Shown piece after piece: positions 13,930 to 26,534 of a stretch of DNA of 64,000 bases. Origin of the DNA: Octopus vulgaris. Lineage: Eukaryota. The position numbers and the translations under genes were made by a program. The stretch covers positions 108,996,001-109,060,000 of the forward strand of contig OX597817.1 of NCBI GenBank assembly GCA_951406725.2, given 5' to 3'. The notes under the pieces are model-generated. The model searched no databases. It was not told where the DNA came from and worked only from the letters and a program-made list of their open reading frames with translations. The number at the start of each line of letters is the position of its first letter. Positions within the stretch are counted from its first letter, which is position 1.

Positions 13930-14604
13930 TATCTGTGTGTGTATGTACATATATACACACACATGGACACATGAACACACACACATATATACAAAGGTAT
14001 ATTAATGAAAATAGTATTTAAATGTGTGCTACTCTAAGTTTCTTGCTCTGATGATACAATAGTCGGGTGAGCTCCTATAGCGTGCAGCGTATTATACAGA
14101 GTAGTATCTAGTATTCTTTTCAGCTTCAAATTTCGCAGGCTTGCACACGGCACACCAAGGAAACACGTCTGACTATAAATCTTTTATGGTGAATAAAATA
14201 TCCCAGTAATGTATCATATCACATAAACTATCACACAAAATATACGTTAGTCCATTTATACGAGACAGAATAATAGATAATTGAAACTGATATAATGAGA
14301 TATGAGTTAACTTTCTTCTATATGTAGTGGTAAGTCTCATATATGTACTAGCATCACAAATCGATAAATTAAATCTCCAAATCACATGTTTTCTAAATCA
14401 ATCACAGACGTGCTCAATGAAATTATATTCATTTGGAGATTGCAAAAATAATCGCTCCTAGCAAATGTTCTGTCTTGACCTCAATCAGTTGTGTGTGGGT
14501 TGTATGTGCATGTATGTGTAGGGGGTTGTATATGTGTGGGGAGGTTATGTGTGTGTGTGTGGTATGGTTCTGTCAACATATGCACATATACGCCCCCATA
14601 AATA

Positions 14605-14880
14605 TATTCCTTTATTCTTTCAACGTTTCAGCCAGTTGATTGCAGTCATGCTGGCGCACCGCCCTTAAAGGGTTTTCGTCGAAAAAATCAACCCCAGGAA
14701 TTATTGTTTGTAAACCTAGTACTTATTCTATCGGCTTTATTTATCGGGACGAATAGACACAATGGCACAAGCACATAAATATATATGCATATATATACAT
14801 ATACGATGGGCTTCTTTCAGTTTCTCTCAACCAAATCCTCTGACAAGGTTTAGGTCGGCCCGAGGTTATGTTAGAAGAGA
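14605..14880 (-). mobile_element. tRNA-derived SINE with internal microsatellite (family of 35261), partial
   Basis: gggcttctttcagtttc..ccaaatcc..acaagg..ggtcggcccgagg and tail ggcggtgcgccagcatgactgc on minus strand. Confidence 0.7.
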
Positions 14881-15007
14881 GTCCTAACTGCGCTTATATA
14901 CGTGCGTGATTCGTCTCAGAGACTATAAGTCAGGGAAAAGACGCAATCGTATATCTATCAGTAGAGTGGGTATATTACTCGAAATGTATAGTATTAAATA
15001 TCAATCA

Positions 15008-15101
15008 CGGTTGATCTTACCAATCGGTTTTGTGTAAAGAATATAATATAGAGTTAGGTAACAAACCGATAATATAACTTTACGCTCATCAGAGTTAGCT
15101 G
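15008..15101 (-). ncRNA. hammerhead ribozyme motif, probably inactivated
   Basis: CUGAUGA (plus 15086-15092) and stem II present, but CGCGAAA has become CACAAAA. Confidence 0.6.
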
Positions 15102-15488
15102 AAATGGAGACTGCTCTCTATTGTCGGTGGTGGTTAGAACTACTGGTGAGCGGTTGCTGTGAAAAGAGTGGTGGAACGAAAAACAGACCGAAGACAGACC
15201 AACAAACACAGCTATATATACCTACACCACCAGAAAAAATCATACATATGACACTGCTACACATGCAACAGACCCCATCTCCACCGGAGCACCACATTAA
15301 TAATACACTCTTTCCCCACTTCAAGATAACTTTTGCCGGCTTCACAGCATATCCAACCAAGGGACATAACTCCTTAAGTAATCTCCTGGTTCCTTTTTGG
15401 TTCAATCAACTTTTTCACAGTAACCGCCGACTGGTTGTGCTAATCGACCTCCGACAATAGAGAGCAGTCGCCATATTCCTTTCTATAT

Positions 15489-15582
15489 CGGCTAACTCTG
15501 ATGAGCGTAAAGTTATATAATATGTTTGCTACCTACCACTTCATTGTATTCTTTACGCGAAACCGATTGGTAAGATCAGCCG
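15489..15582 (+). ncRNA. type I hammerhead ribozyme, intact core
   Basis: CUGAUGA 15498-15504; stem II GCGUAAAG/CUUUACGC; GAAA 15559-15562; stem III ACC-GAUU-GGU; GUA cleavage triplet 15570-15572; imperfect stem I CGGCUAACU/AGAUCAGCCG. Confidence 0.8.
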
Positions 15583-15736
15583 TGATGGATATTTAATACT
15601 ATACATTTCGGATTATATATATATATAACCATAAGTATTGTTAGACCACACTATATATTCTTAGTGTTCTTAGTGTTTTTATACACATACATATATATGA
15701 GTGTTTATGCATGTATGTATGTGTATGTATATATAA

Positions 15737-15798
<62 letters not shown>

Positions 15799-16180
15799 AG
15801 ACAGCTGTAATATATCCTGTGGAGGTGCAACAATGCTTTCTGCTATCAAAGAAGTCGTAAATTTGCATGATTCCTTCATATCTTTTTTGCAGTGGTCTCT
15901 ACATCATAGGAGAGGCGGCGGCATAACATTCTTGCATTTGACGGACCGGGGTGCTTTAAATTGTCAGTATATGCAAATCGATCGATACTTGACATCAGCA
16001 TCATGCTAATTACCTAATTTAAATATAGTAAAATTCAAATGGCTAGTTACCCATTATATCGGATTTTATGTTCATACATCTTTACTCTAATTCCTAACAA
16101 TATCGTATTCTTGTGCTTTTCAGATTTAGTCTTAATCTCTTCTCTTTTGGTATATGTCTGAAATATGTATCATTGTTAAC

Positions 16181-16392
16181 CGGTGATCTAGCAGAATCGC
16201 TAGCGCACCGGATCAAATTCTTAGCGGCTTTTCGTTCGCCTTTCCGTTCTAAGTTCAAATTCGGCTGAGGTCAACTTTGCCTCTCATCCTTTCCGGTAGA
16301 TAAAACAAATACCAGTAGAGCGTTGGGGTTCGATGTAATTGACTTATTCCCTCCCCAGAACTTGCTGGCCTAGTACCAAAATTTAAACCAAT
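16181..16392 (+). mobile_element. SINE, family of 46943-47155
   Basis: ggtgatctagcagaatcgctagcgcaccgg...gttcaaattcggctgaggtcaactttgcctctcatcctttccgg. Confidence 0.8.
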
Positions 16393-19300
16393 ATGTTTTC
16401 AGATTTTTTGGGAATAGTATTACTGATAAAATAGGGAGCCTCTATCGATGTTATGCAATACAATGTGAACTCAAGTGTCGATTTTTAAAACCAGCGAAGT
16501 AGTTTATATTTGCCATGTATTCCGAGTCCTGCTAATTGATTTCTATTTAGGTTCATCAAAGATGTTTTTAAATTTTTCAAACCGGCAGTAGATAGGAAAA
16601 AAAAGAAGTATATCTATATATTTTTCTACTTTTAGAAAACATATGTATTACATATGCTCATTTTATATACATTAATGAATTGGCTTAACGTTTGAATGTA
16701 TTTTACTTCAAAGATCATCTTTATAAATTCAAAGTAAAGAAGTCTTATTTCACATACTAATATTTATAGCACGGATGTGTATTTCACTTCAAACTTTTAT
16801 GAAAACTAAGCAAACTTTATAGTAAATTTATTCAAATATACGTTATATTTACTCTAATATAAGTTAATTTGGCATTGAAAATATATATTGAAAGGTGAAG
16901 CAAATATATTTGCGCGCTGTGAAAAGCAATATAATTTTTTTTATCCACACCCACACTGGAATAACTGTGAAGTAGCGAGGTGTGAACTGGTGAGTGGTAT
17001 ATTATGTAAATATGAATGGAATAATTCCCTTGAGCCTCTAGGTATCCCATTTTTATTTTCCTATCTGTTTCATGTCATCTATGAAATGTACTACTAAGAT
17101 TTATAAGGACGTTCTCTAATCCAGATTTAGATTTATTCTTAATACTTGCGATGGCACTCAACACTTCCCATTCTGGGGATTAAATTACTTAAGATCTGCA
17201 ATGGATTGTTTAGTCTTCATAATTCTGTGTATATGAATGACAGAATTTTCTTGCCGCTATCTTTACTTTCATATTATTCTGTTCGATAACCACTATACTT
17301 CCAAAATCCACAACAGCAAATAACATCAATAGACAGTTACATATTATACTTCTCTTTGATATAAGAATGGATAAATGAAATGACTCGAAGAAATGTAATT
17401 TGAAATGGACTGATAACTTATGTCGGTTGAAGAAAAGAAAGATTTATTTCTAATGTATACGAAAACTATTCATTTTACTATTGGAAAGTAGTATTTCACT
17501 TATTTCGTCGCTTTTTTCTTTCTTTCCTACAATAATTCAAAAATAAAACCGATGAGTGAAAATATTAACTATATTTTCTAACGCTAAAATTATATAAAAT
17601 GGAAGTCATTAATTACAATTTCGGTCTAATATAAATAATGGAAGAGAGACAGTGTTTGTAACATTATACATTTCAGCTAGTCTTTAAGGTCTGGTGTAAC
17701 GAATACATAAACTTAAAAATTTAAATTTAGAATATTCATAGTAGTGACAGCTTGTTGTGTACGCATTTGCCACAGATATCGACATCAGTAGCTGAATGAG
17801 ATTGATGATAGTATATTTGCATTCATTATAATCCTTATATTCCCCAAAATCTCTTTGCATACGAAATGTTCTAATCTTATGTTTAGATATTGCTTTGAAT
17901 ATTTCTGGATAGCCTTTTTAATACATTACTCTAAAAGCCATTCATCCTGCTGTATGAGCCAAAATATCCATACAAAGAAAGAGAATACATTAAAGCACAC
18001 AAAGCTACGGGCAAGTACATCTTTAGATTTTTATTTTTTAAGTAAACCATACTTTTTATGTCAAAAAGCACATTTCATTTTGCTAAGTTTAAAATTGATT
18101 TTCGATATTAGGCTACAGAAGATTTATTTTTTTTTACTCAAAAGTAATTTCCCCATAGCAGACTACTTTTTATCTTCAATGACTTTTCAAGTGTAATTTA
18201 CTTGGAAAGTAACAATACTTTAATTTATTCATTTTCAGTTTTATATTTCTTTATACCGTTATCTGCTGTTTACTTAAATACAAACTTTTTTATCAATGCA
18301 GTGTGACATACACCGGTAGCAATGCACAAGTATAAATACAAAAGTAAAAGTATTTAAGTAATGATATCTCGTGCATTTCTGAATCATGGTCTTTTTTTTA
18401 TATTTTGCTAATGATTGTTATTGTCACAAGTGTCTGCTAATATAACAAGTATGTAACTAAGAGGAAACCAATTTAACATAAGGAATAATTAAGATTATAT
18501 AAAAAGAAATTTAATTAGAAATATCCTACTTTGTTTTGCGTGGCTTTTATATAGTGACCAATAATTCATATTTATTTAATAATCATTATAGTTCTCTTCG
18601 TATGTGGTATGTGGATATTGTATTGAGCATGAGCTCATAAATTTCGATAATATTTAATATGTTATCAATCAATATACTTAGGAAAATTTTGTTCGAGAGT
18701 GAACACAACTTCACAAACATGAGACAAGACACACTCTATAAGCAGAGAATAAGTGGGAAAATATTAGCCATTAAACTGATTCAAATACAGTAATGTCAGT
18801 GAAATTAGTAGAAAAACGAAAATATACGTTTCTCTTCGTATCCTTTTAATGATTTTATGAATGCTGTTTAATGGTGGGCAGAATCGATAGTGCATTGGTC
18901 GAAAGTTCTCGTCGTATTTAGCTAGATATCTTTATTTTCTGAGTCTCACCCATATCCAGTTTGCCTTAACTCAATAAAATAAATAACATTTAACACAATG
19001 ACTAGTGGTCTTTGCGGAATCCAGTTATCTTTGAAAGCAGTGGCACAGCATGGTCATCTGTTTAAAGACCAACCCGGTAATTAAAGTAGGGAAACATAAA
19101 CTAACCCTTAGCTCGTGATGTAGAAGATTTATCTGAATATCGATGACTCCCTTTAAAAAAGGTACGAAAGAAATTTATTGGATCATTATTAAATATATTC
19201 TCCCAAGAAGGAACGAAAACCAAGCAACTCTGCTGGAATAAGGTAAATGTGTAAGTTACAATGTGTAGTGTTCTAAGGATTTAAGACTCTATAAAGCTAA

Positions 19301-22300
19301 ATATTTGTGCTTTCTTTTTTGTTACTTTACTTTGGAATATAGCTTCCTTATCAGAATGCATAATACTTATATTCGTGTAATATTTTCTTTTTCAAGATTA
19401 ACTGTGTTTGCAAGAAAAGTCTTAAGGTAAGTCAAATCTTGAAAGAAATGTAACAATCATGTTAACGGATAAAATATAAATCAATGAAGTCAAATGAAGC
19501 GGGAAGATTTGTCTGTTGTCTGTTTCAGATCAACTCCCAGTAAGCTCATACGTATGTTGCGATTCCACAGACGTTATGCATACATTTTATGAAGTAACAT
19601 ATTCGAGTGGTTAGGGATGTTAGTCTGGCAATCATGTGGATAAGGGTTTTAAACCAACTGTGCATAACCTTAGGTATGTATTTTCTACTCTACAGATATC
19701 GGTCGAAACCGTTTAAATCAAATTGAGCAAGTAGGATCCGTTTGGAAGACACCCCATTTAAATGTGGAGCTCATTCCTTTAGCACCACTACCACACATTT
19801 GAGTGCTTTTTCAAGAATCCATAAGTTAACACCAAATCGCCTCTCTTTGTTTTCTACAATAGCTTTCCTTGAGTCGCAATTTCTTTCTTTCCTTTACTTC
19901 CACTAATCGTGAATGCTCCAGAAAGCGTTCATCACACAGAATATATGCATTATTACATAACATCTATGTTTTCAAAATAAGCTGAAGATTATTGAAAAGT
20001 CTGTAGACAAAACTCGGCAGCATTTATAGTTTGAGTTAGACGCATACCATCTTAATTAACTGTTCATGCTGACCCCAACTAGCGTGATTATTGAACAAAA
20101 GTATAAACTAAGTATTACAACCAGGACCAACCCATATATAGAGTATTAAATGTGTCTTTCTATTTGTTTTTCTGTTTTGTAAAAAAACAAATCTGCTGCA
20201 TAAAAGATCTCTCTTTGACTCATTTAATTACCTGTAGTTTTCTTGTTTCTAAATATGAGAAACATTATTTTATCAATTTAACAACCAGCTTTTATCATAT
20301 AATCCTAAGATACAAGGTCGTCAACAGATTATTTCCATTTCCTACAGTAGCTAGTGGTAACGCCACGACAGCAGACAAAACTACAATTATAAATATTATG
20401 ACTACTTTTGCAATATCTAACGGATATTTGTTGTAAAGTGTACTCATCATATAGATCGTATTAAGGAGAGAGAAAAGGTGAAAATGTTTTTAATGGTAGA
20501 TATGCTTCTATTGTTAGTCAAAGTGACGAATCCGCGAAAAAAAAATAATGTGGGTTTATCAATGAATATATGTGTAGACGTTGATCTGAATAAGGAACTT
20601 GAGCCACCACCTCTTATATTTTTGCATAGTGTACCGCGACGTGTTTAATACAGTATTTCTTTTTACCTTTTTCAAGAGTAAAAAATGTGATTTGTGGGAG
20701 AATTTGTAGCTATTTCTAGCAGGTTATGAGCGTGATCGTATATAAGTTTAATTATGTCATACTTCTTTTAATCTAACATTATACATATTAATGTAGTCAT
20801 GTTACTGATTGCAACATGCGATTTATGATAATCGTTACCATTTTATTTTTTTCCTTCTGTAGCTGAAAGTATATAAGGACGCATGTATGAGTGATATCTG
20901 AAAAAAAGCATTTCTATTGTATTTTTCATAAAGAAAAATAATAACCAGAATTGATTATCTTTTTTCCATGCCTAACAATGGATGACAGCGTTTATTTACT
21001 ATTGGAAAACAAAAGGGGATTCATACTGAATATTTTATTTCACTCGACTCTATGTTCGGAAGGCTATGCTATTTGCGATACTGTAAATTGAAAGATGAGA
21101 GCATTAATAGGCATTTTTCATATGTCAGTTGCTTGTCAAATAATTCCAATGTTCATTGCAGTTCGCTATTTTGATGATGTATCACTGAATTTTTGTTAAC
21201 TAGTCATAAAATGTAATAGCTTTAAGCTAAAGTGATGTCATTTCACCAAATCAAAACTTATGAGATAATTATAGTAGTTCGGTAAGTTAATCTATAATCC
21301 AACGATTACATTTTTTTGCTTATTTCAATTCGATTATTTGTACATTAAAGGAAATATGTTAAAAATATAGAATCTAATGAGTCATTGATATACATTTAGT
21401 GAATAAGTAGAAGCATTTCTAGCAATATAATCAAATACTTTATGTTCAATGAATTTCGAAGTTATGAAAGCATACAATATACCTTTTATTTAAACCAATA
21501 AAAAATATAAAACTATTTCATTAATACCATTAGAATATTGATGTTGTATTGATTCGATATTTAGGACGAAGTAAAAAGAAATAAGTAAAATAAAAGAAAA
21601 AGATGTGAGATTGTTAGAAATATGTCCATATTTTTCCCTTGAATTACCTTGTGCAATACTTAAAGCTATGATATTGATCACTACTAATGATAAGGTTTCT
21701 AAATGATATATGTACATCAAAATGCGCTTGTATGTTTCGATAAAATGGCATGATCTCAAAATTATTTTAGGAACATTAATGATAAGCTTGAATCGATACC
21801 ATAGAGGAATAGAAGAATAGGGATGAATTTAAAACATTCAGAAATGTAATGGAAATATTTTATTATAAAATTATTTTAAAATATATATAATTTCAATATA
21901 ACTAGTCTTTTACATTGATATTGACAACTGAAAAAATCGAATATTAGAATTTTCTTTCTCTAATATATATTTTTTTAGATATAACAGAGTGTTCATGTTA
22001 CTACATATTAATTTGAAACCGTATATCTTTGATTTTGACGATAGATGTAAAATCCCCCGGAATTATTTAGATCTTTTCGGCTTTTAAATGAGACAAATCT
22101 AGCTTTAAGTACTATCAATAAGATAATGAAGCGCCATAATTGTCAAATGAGAAAACTATCTGAATATCAAAGGAAATTAACTGTCAGTATAAGTGAAAAT
22201 AATAAATATGTTACACAAAAAATTCATAAGAAAGTAATTGATGCTATACTTATTCGACAGGATTCGTTATAGGAATGCAAACACCAAGTCACATTGAAGA

Positions 22301-22344
22301 ATAATTAAAGTACAGAGCATCTATGCATGTATTATAGTCACAAA

Positions 22345-22790
22345 AATTTATTGTTACTCTACCAGGATAACAAGTTGAAGTTTATGCGCGTAATTATTGG
22401 AGCATTGGGACATGTAACAAACTGCCTAAGTACCAATCGTGAGAAATTAGGCTTCCCAAAACCAGAAAGGAGAAAGCTGATACGAACACCACAGATTGAA
22501 GTAATCAATGTCCCTGTAAAAAATTGTAAATTTTGCAAAAGTTTAGTACTTTAGTATATATGAGCATGTCTACAAATACAACTTTATTCATAAGTATACA
22601 TGCACAAAATAAAACGTACAAATCTGCACGTGCACAGACCACAAATACTATACACCCATACATATATACATATATACACAAATATCCTGCTAATGCTTTG
22701 GAAATTCCAATGAAGGATGCTTGGATCTAGGTTAGAAACTGATCCTATTCTATTAGCAAGATGTTTTGAAATGAAATTTGAATAATAGCA
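22345..22790 (+). mobile_element. 3' end of RLE-encoding retroelement, copy 2
   Basis: ORF 22327: LLYQDNKLKFMRVIIGALGHVTNCLSTNREKLGFPKPERRKLIR; 3' UTR gaaattccaatgaagg..atctaggttagaaac shared with copy 1. Confidence 0.7.
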
Positions 22791-22794
22791 TATA

Positions 22795-23914
22795 TCTCTT
22801 ATTATAAAAGGCAGATTTTATCTGCCTCCCTTTGTCTCTTATAGAAATCTACAATATAGGATTTCTTCAATTACAATTTACCTAGCATTTTTAAGAGTAG
22901 AATGCATCGGGTCGTGCCAGGTCCAGTTTTTAAAATTTCAACCCCAATTAAGCAAAATTTAGAGAAAACTCACATTGTGGTGTATAAGTCAAATGCTTTT
23001 CTTAGTGTGGGCTACAGCACACGCACACGCACACACACAGTGTGCAACGATTAGTGAAAGTAATTCCCTTTTTTTAGTGAGTGACTCTATCACTCTGCAT
23101 TCCCACTTCCTCTTTACACACATAGACACGCAAATATATAAATAAAATTGTAAGCTAACGTGTGTGTGTGTGTGTGTGTGTGAGGGTGCGTGTGTGTGTG
23201 TGTGTGTGCGTGTGCGTGAGTGTGTGACAGGAAATTTTTTTTAGGATGAATATAAGACCTAAAGTATATCCAAGTAGCAGAAAGATTGCCCAAAAGTGTA
23301 TATAGATATTTAAATGTATTTATATATTCATCTATACACAGATGTATGTATAATGTGTGTGTATATATTTCCATAGAGGTAACCTTTCACTCCATACAAA
23401 GTTTTTTAGGACGAATATAAGATCTAAAGTATATACAAGTAGCAGAAAGATCGCCCAAAAGTGTATATAGATATTTAAATGTATTTATATATTCATCTAT
23501 ACACAGATGTATGTATAATGTGTGTGTATATATTTCCATAGACGTAACCATTCACTCCGCACAAAGTTTTTTAGGACGAAAATAAGATCTAAAGTTATCT
23601 CTAAGTAGCACAAAGATCGCCTAAAAGTGTATATAGATATATAAATGTATTTATATATTCATCTATGCACACATGTATGTATAACGTGTGTGTATATATG
23701 TCCATAGAGGTAACCATTCACTTCATACAAAGTTTTTTAGGACGAAAATAAGATCTAAAGTCATCTCTAAGAAACAGAAAGATCGCCCAAAAGTGTATAT
23801 AGATATTTAAATGTATTTATATATTCATCTATACACACATGTATGTATAATGTGCGTGTATATATTTTCATAGAGGTAACCATTCAATCCATACAAAGTT
23901 TTTTAGGACGAAAA
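22795..23914 (+). mobile_element. Helitron-like 5' segment carrying a tandem array
   Basis: A|TCTCTTATTATAAAAG start typical of Helitron 5' ends; hairpin AGGCAGAT/ATCTGCCT 22809-22827; no own 3' CTAG before the next Helitron start. Confidence 0.55.
23236..23914. repeat. tandem array, 165-166 bp unit, 4 copies plus start of a fifth
   Basis: gttttttaggacgaa recurs at 23401, 23566, 23732, 23898 (variant at ~23236). Confidence 0.95.
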
Positions 23915-24762
23915 TCTTTATATATAAAAGAAAGGTTGTGTGTCTGTCTACTCCGATTTAGATTCCTAACTACTCCCACATCTTGCGATGCAGTTTAACC
24001 AAAACCGGGTATCTTATAGTCGTGATTCATATCGAGCCCTTCTGGGTATTAGCGCGCGTCTACGATGAGTCTATGATTTTACAAATAATTTACCATCATT
24101 TTTTTCCATTTTAATGCATATTTTTTTTAAATAAAGGGAAGTAACTCTCAAACTTCACACCAATATGCGTGCTCATATGCGACGTAATATCACATCAGCA
24201 GCATTTCCTCACACCCTCCTTGCACTTGGCGAAGGCAAAATACCAGGGGATGAAAATGGTAATATTGCCATCGATTCCATTTGTAACATTGTTAAGACGC
24301 CTTCTGATCTCAGAGATGCAGTGTTCCCAGATCTACAAGCTAATTATCAGAATATGGATTGGATTGGCAAAAAGGCTATACTGGCCCCGAGGAATAAAAC
24401 TGTTCACCATATTAATGATGAAATGCTAAAACTCATTCCTAGGGAAGTCTATGTATATCAGTCTATCGATACAACTCCTGACCCAGAGGACGTCATCAAC
24501 TATCCAATAAAGGTACTCAATTCCTTTGAGCACCCCGGACTACCACCACACTTTCTCAAACTTAAAGTTGGTGCCCCTATAATGCTCATCAGAAATTTGG
24601 TTCCCCCAAAACAATGCAATGGCACACGTTTTATCGTTAAGTCCTTATCTCCCACCGTAAACTTATATCAATATTTGCCTGAATAATCATCATAATTCAG
24701 TGCAAACATTAACAGTACTTTCAAGCAATTCAGCCCCGAGCAACGCCGGGCAATTCTGCTAG
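23915..24762 (+). mobile_element. non-autonomous Helitron with PIF1 helicase fragment
   Basis: 5' A|TCTTTATATATAAAAG; 3' hairpin cccgagcaacgccggg then CTAG|T at 24759-24763; internal helicase ORF. Confidence 0.9.
24165..24686 (+). pseudogene. Helitron RepHel PIF1-type helicase C-terminal fragment
   Basis: NMR..LLALGEG, AILAPRN, GLPPHFLKLKVGAPIMLIRNL..CNGTR motifs; lacks N-terminal P-loop and terminal motifs. Confidence 0.9.
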
Positions 24763-24919
24763 TTGTTTTATAAAGATAATCCATCATTAATTTATGTATA
24801 AGTTTTAATAAAGAGATTTCATCGTTGTCTCATTTACAAAGGTTTTATAAGAGGTGGTCTTATTGATAGAGCTTAATAGGGATATAAATGATCAACATCA
24901 TAGAAAAGTAGGTTTATAA

Positions 24920-25670
24920 GTGCAGACATGACTGTGTGGTTAAGAAATTCACTCCGTAACCATGTGCTTTCGGGTTCAGTCCCTCTGTGTAGCACCTTGG
25001 GCAAGTATTCTTTTTCCTATTGCCCCCGAAACGACTAATTGTTTGGGAGTGAATATGTGAACAAAAACTGCGTGGAAGCCTGTGGTGTACATCCATACAT
25101 ACATACATACATACATACATACATACATACATACATACATACATACATACATACATACATACATACATACATACATGTATGTTTCTCTTCTGTTTTTAAT
25201 TATTGAAGGAGCTATTTTCTGACAAAGATACAAAGCTCCATCGTTGGAATGTAGATAATGAAAACCATGTCACATTTTAAGCTTGAGAAAAAGTCTTGCC
25301 TTGTTTTACTGTTCCGCTTACTACAGATTGTAATTGTAATGTGCGAGTCAATTGGTTGATTTCTTTTTCTGAAAATCCTAGCTTATCCACATTGACAGTT
25401 AGGTATTTACTTACAAAACTAAGTGCTCCAATTATTGTTAGTATAAATAATAATTCTATGCATGTATGTATGTGTGTGTGTGTCCCTTTGAACCGTTTGA
25501 CAATCGGTGTTGTCTTGCTTACGTCTCCGTAATTAAACAGTTCGGTAAAAGAGACCGACAGAATACGAGCTATACATAAAAATAAGTACTCTGGTCTAAA
25601 AGTTCGACTAAAACCTTCAAGATGGCGCCCTAGCATGGCCAGTTCAACGACTGAAGCAAATAAAAGATAC
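24920..25670 (+). mobile_element. tRNA-derived SINE (family of 35261) split by an RLE-element insertion
   Basis: 5' half 24920-25090 (gggttcagtccc..gcaccttgggcaagt); 3' half 25480-25670 (ttgacaatcggtgtt..gttcggtaaaagagaccga..ggcgccctagcatggcc). Confidence 0.75.
25180..25460 (-). mobile_element. 3' end of RLE-encoding retroelement, copy 3 (more diverged)
   Basis: ORF 25277-: LFILTIIGALSFVSKYLTVNVDKLGFSEKEINQLTRTLQLQSV; similar 3' UTR motif. Confidence 0.65.
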
Positions 25671-25801
25671 GAAGTGCTGACAGAATTGTGAAAGCAAGTT
25701 CTAGATTACCTCATGCATTCAAAATGAACCGAATGTTATCGTAGACATATCTGTAAAAAAAATAAAGAAAAAATAAACACTGACACTTAAAACCCCATAA
25801 T

Positions 25802-25810
25802 AAAAAAAAA
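25802..25810 (-). terminator. RNA polymerase III oligo-T terminator of the tRNA gene
   Basis: T9 on the minus strand 6 nt downstream of the tRNA 3' end. Confidence 0.8.
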
Positions 25811-25816
25811 TCGTAA

Positions 25817-25898
25817 CGCTGCGAACAGGATTCGAACCTGTGCGGGAATATCCCATTGGATTTCGAGTCCAACGCCTTAACCACTCGGCCATCGCAGC
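25817..25898 (-). tRNA. tRNA-Ser (anticodon CGA)
   Basis: 82 nt cloverleaf: acceptor GCTGCGA/TCGCAGC, D stem GCC/GGC, anticodon arm TTGGA-CTCGAAA-TCCAA, long variable arm GGGA/TCCC, T arm ACAGG-TTCGAAT-CCTGT, discriminator G. Confidence 0.98.
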
Positions 25899-26059
25899 GA
25901 ACTAACTTGTCAAATTTGAAATATAATACTTAACGGTGATGTCTGGTTGGAAACTAGGTTAAGTGTACGATAAAATGAATTAGTACAGGTTTCCGAGATA
26001 ATTTAGGTTGACTAACTCTATGAGAATCCGACAGACATCTCCAATTAGAATTTGGTAAG

Positions 26060-26200
26060 ACTGTTATATCATAATCTATATCATATGTTATATCATAGTC
26101 TTATATCATATTTTATACCATAGTCCATATGTTATATGTTACATTATAGTCTATATGTTATATCATAGTCTATGTTATATCATAGCCTATATAGCATATA
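26060..26200. repeat. degenerate minisatellite, ~15-19 bp unit gttatatcatagtctat
   Basis: Direct reading. Confidence 0.75.
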
Positions 26201-26264
26201 ACTTTGTATATATCATGCTGACAATGCGTATCTCAACGTTCCGCATTTAAACTTACACTCTTTT

Positions 26265-26495
26265 TTTCCTTTCTTATTGTTGTTTCAGTCATTAGACTGC
26301 GGCCATGCCGGGACTCTGCATTGAAGAATATTTTTAGTCGAATGAATCGACTCCACTACTTATTATTGTTTAGTAAAGACTGGTATCGATTCTATTGTTC
26401 TCTTTTGCCAAACCGCTAATTTACGGACGAGTAAACACACCAACATCAGCTGTCAATCGGTGGTGGGGACAAACAAAAGCAGAAAAACACACGCA
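26265..26495 (-). mobile_element. 3' half of SINE (family of 35261)
   Basis: tgtttcagtcattagactgcggccatgc..ttttgccaaaccgctaa..gtaaacacaccaaca. Confidence 0.75.
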
Positions 26496-26534
26496 TATAT
26501 ATATATATATATATATATATTTATCGATATGTAT

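Larger units (their letters stand above)
14905..15620. mobile_element. Penelope-like element termini in inverted orientation
   Basis: Arms ~14971-15186 and ~15390-15620 are reverse complements (e.g. gactgctctctattgtcgg / ccgacaatagagagcagtc), each with a hammerhead motif; same family at 26535-26830. Confidence 0.75.

Noticed and set aside
23236-23914. CRISPR-like regular repeat
   Set aside because: Whole unit is repeated, no unique spacers, no cas genes, eukaryotic context
24165-24686. Host PIF1 gene
   Set aside because: Partial, intronless and enclosed by Helitron termini
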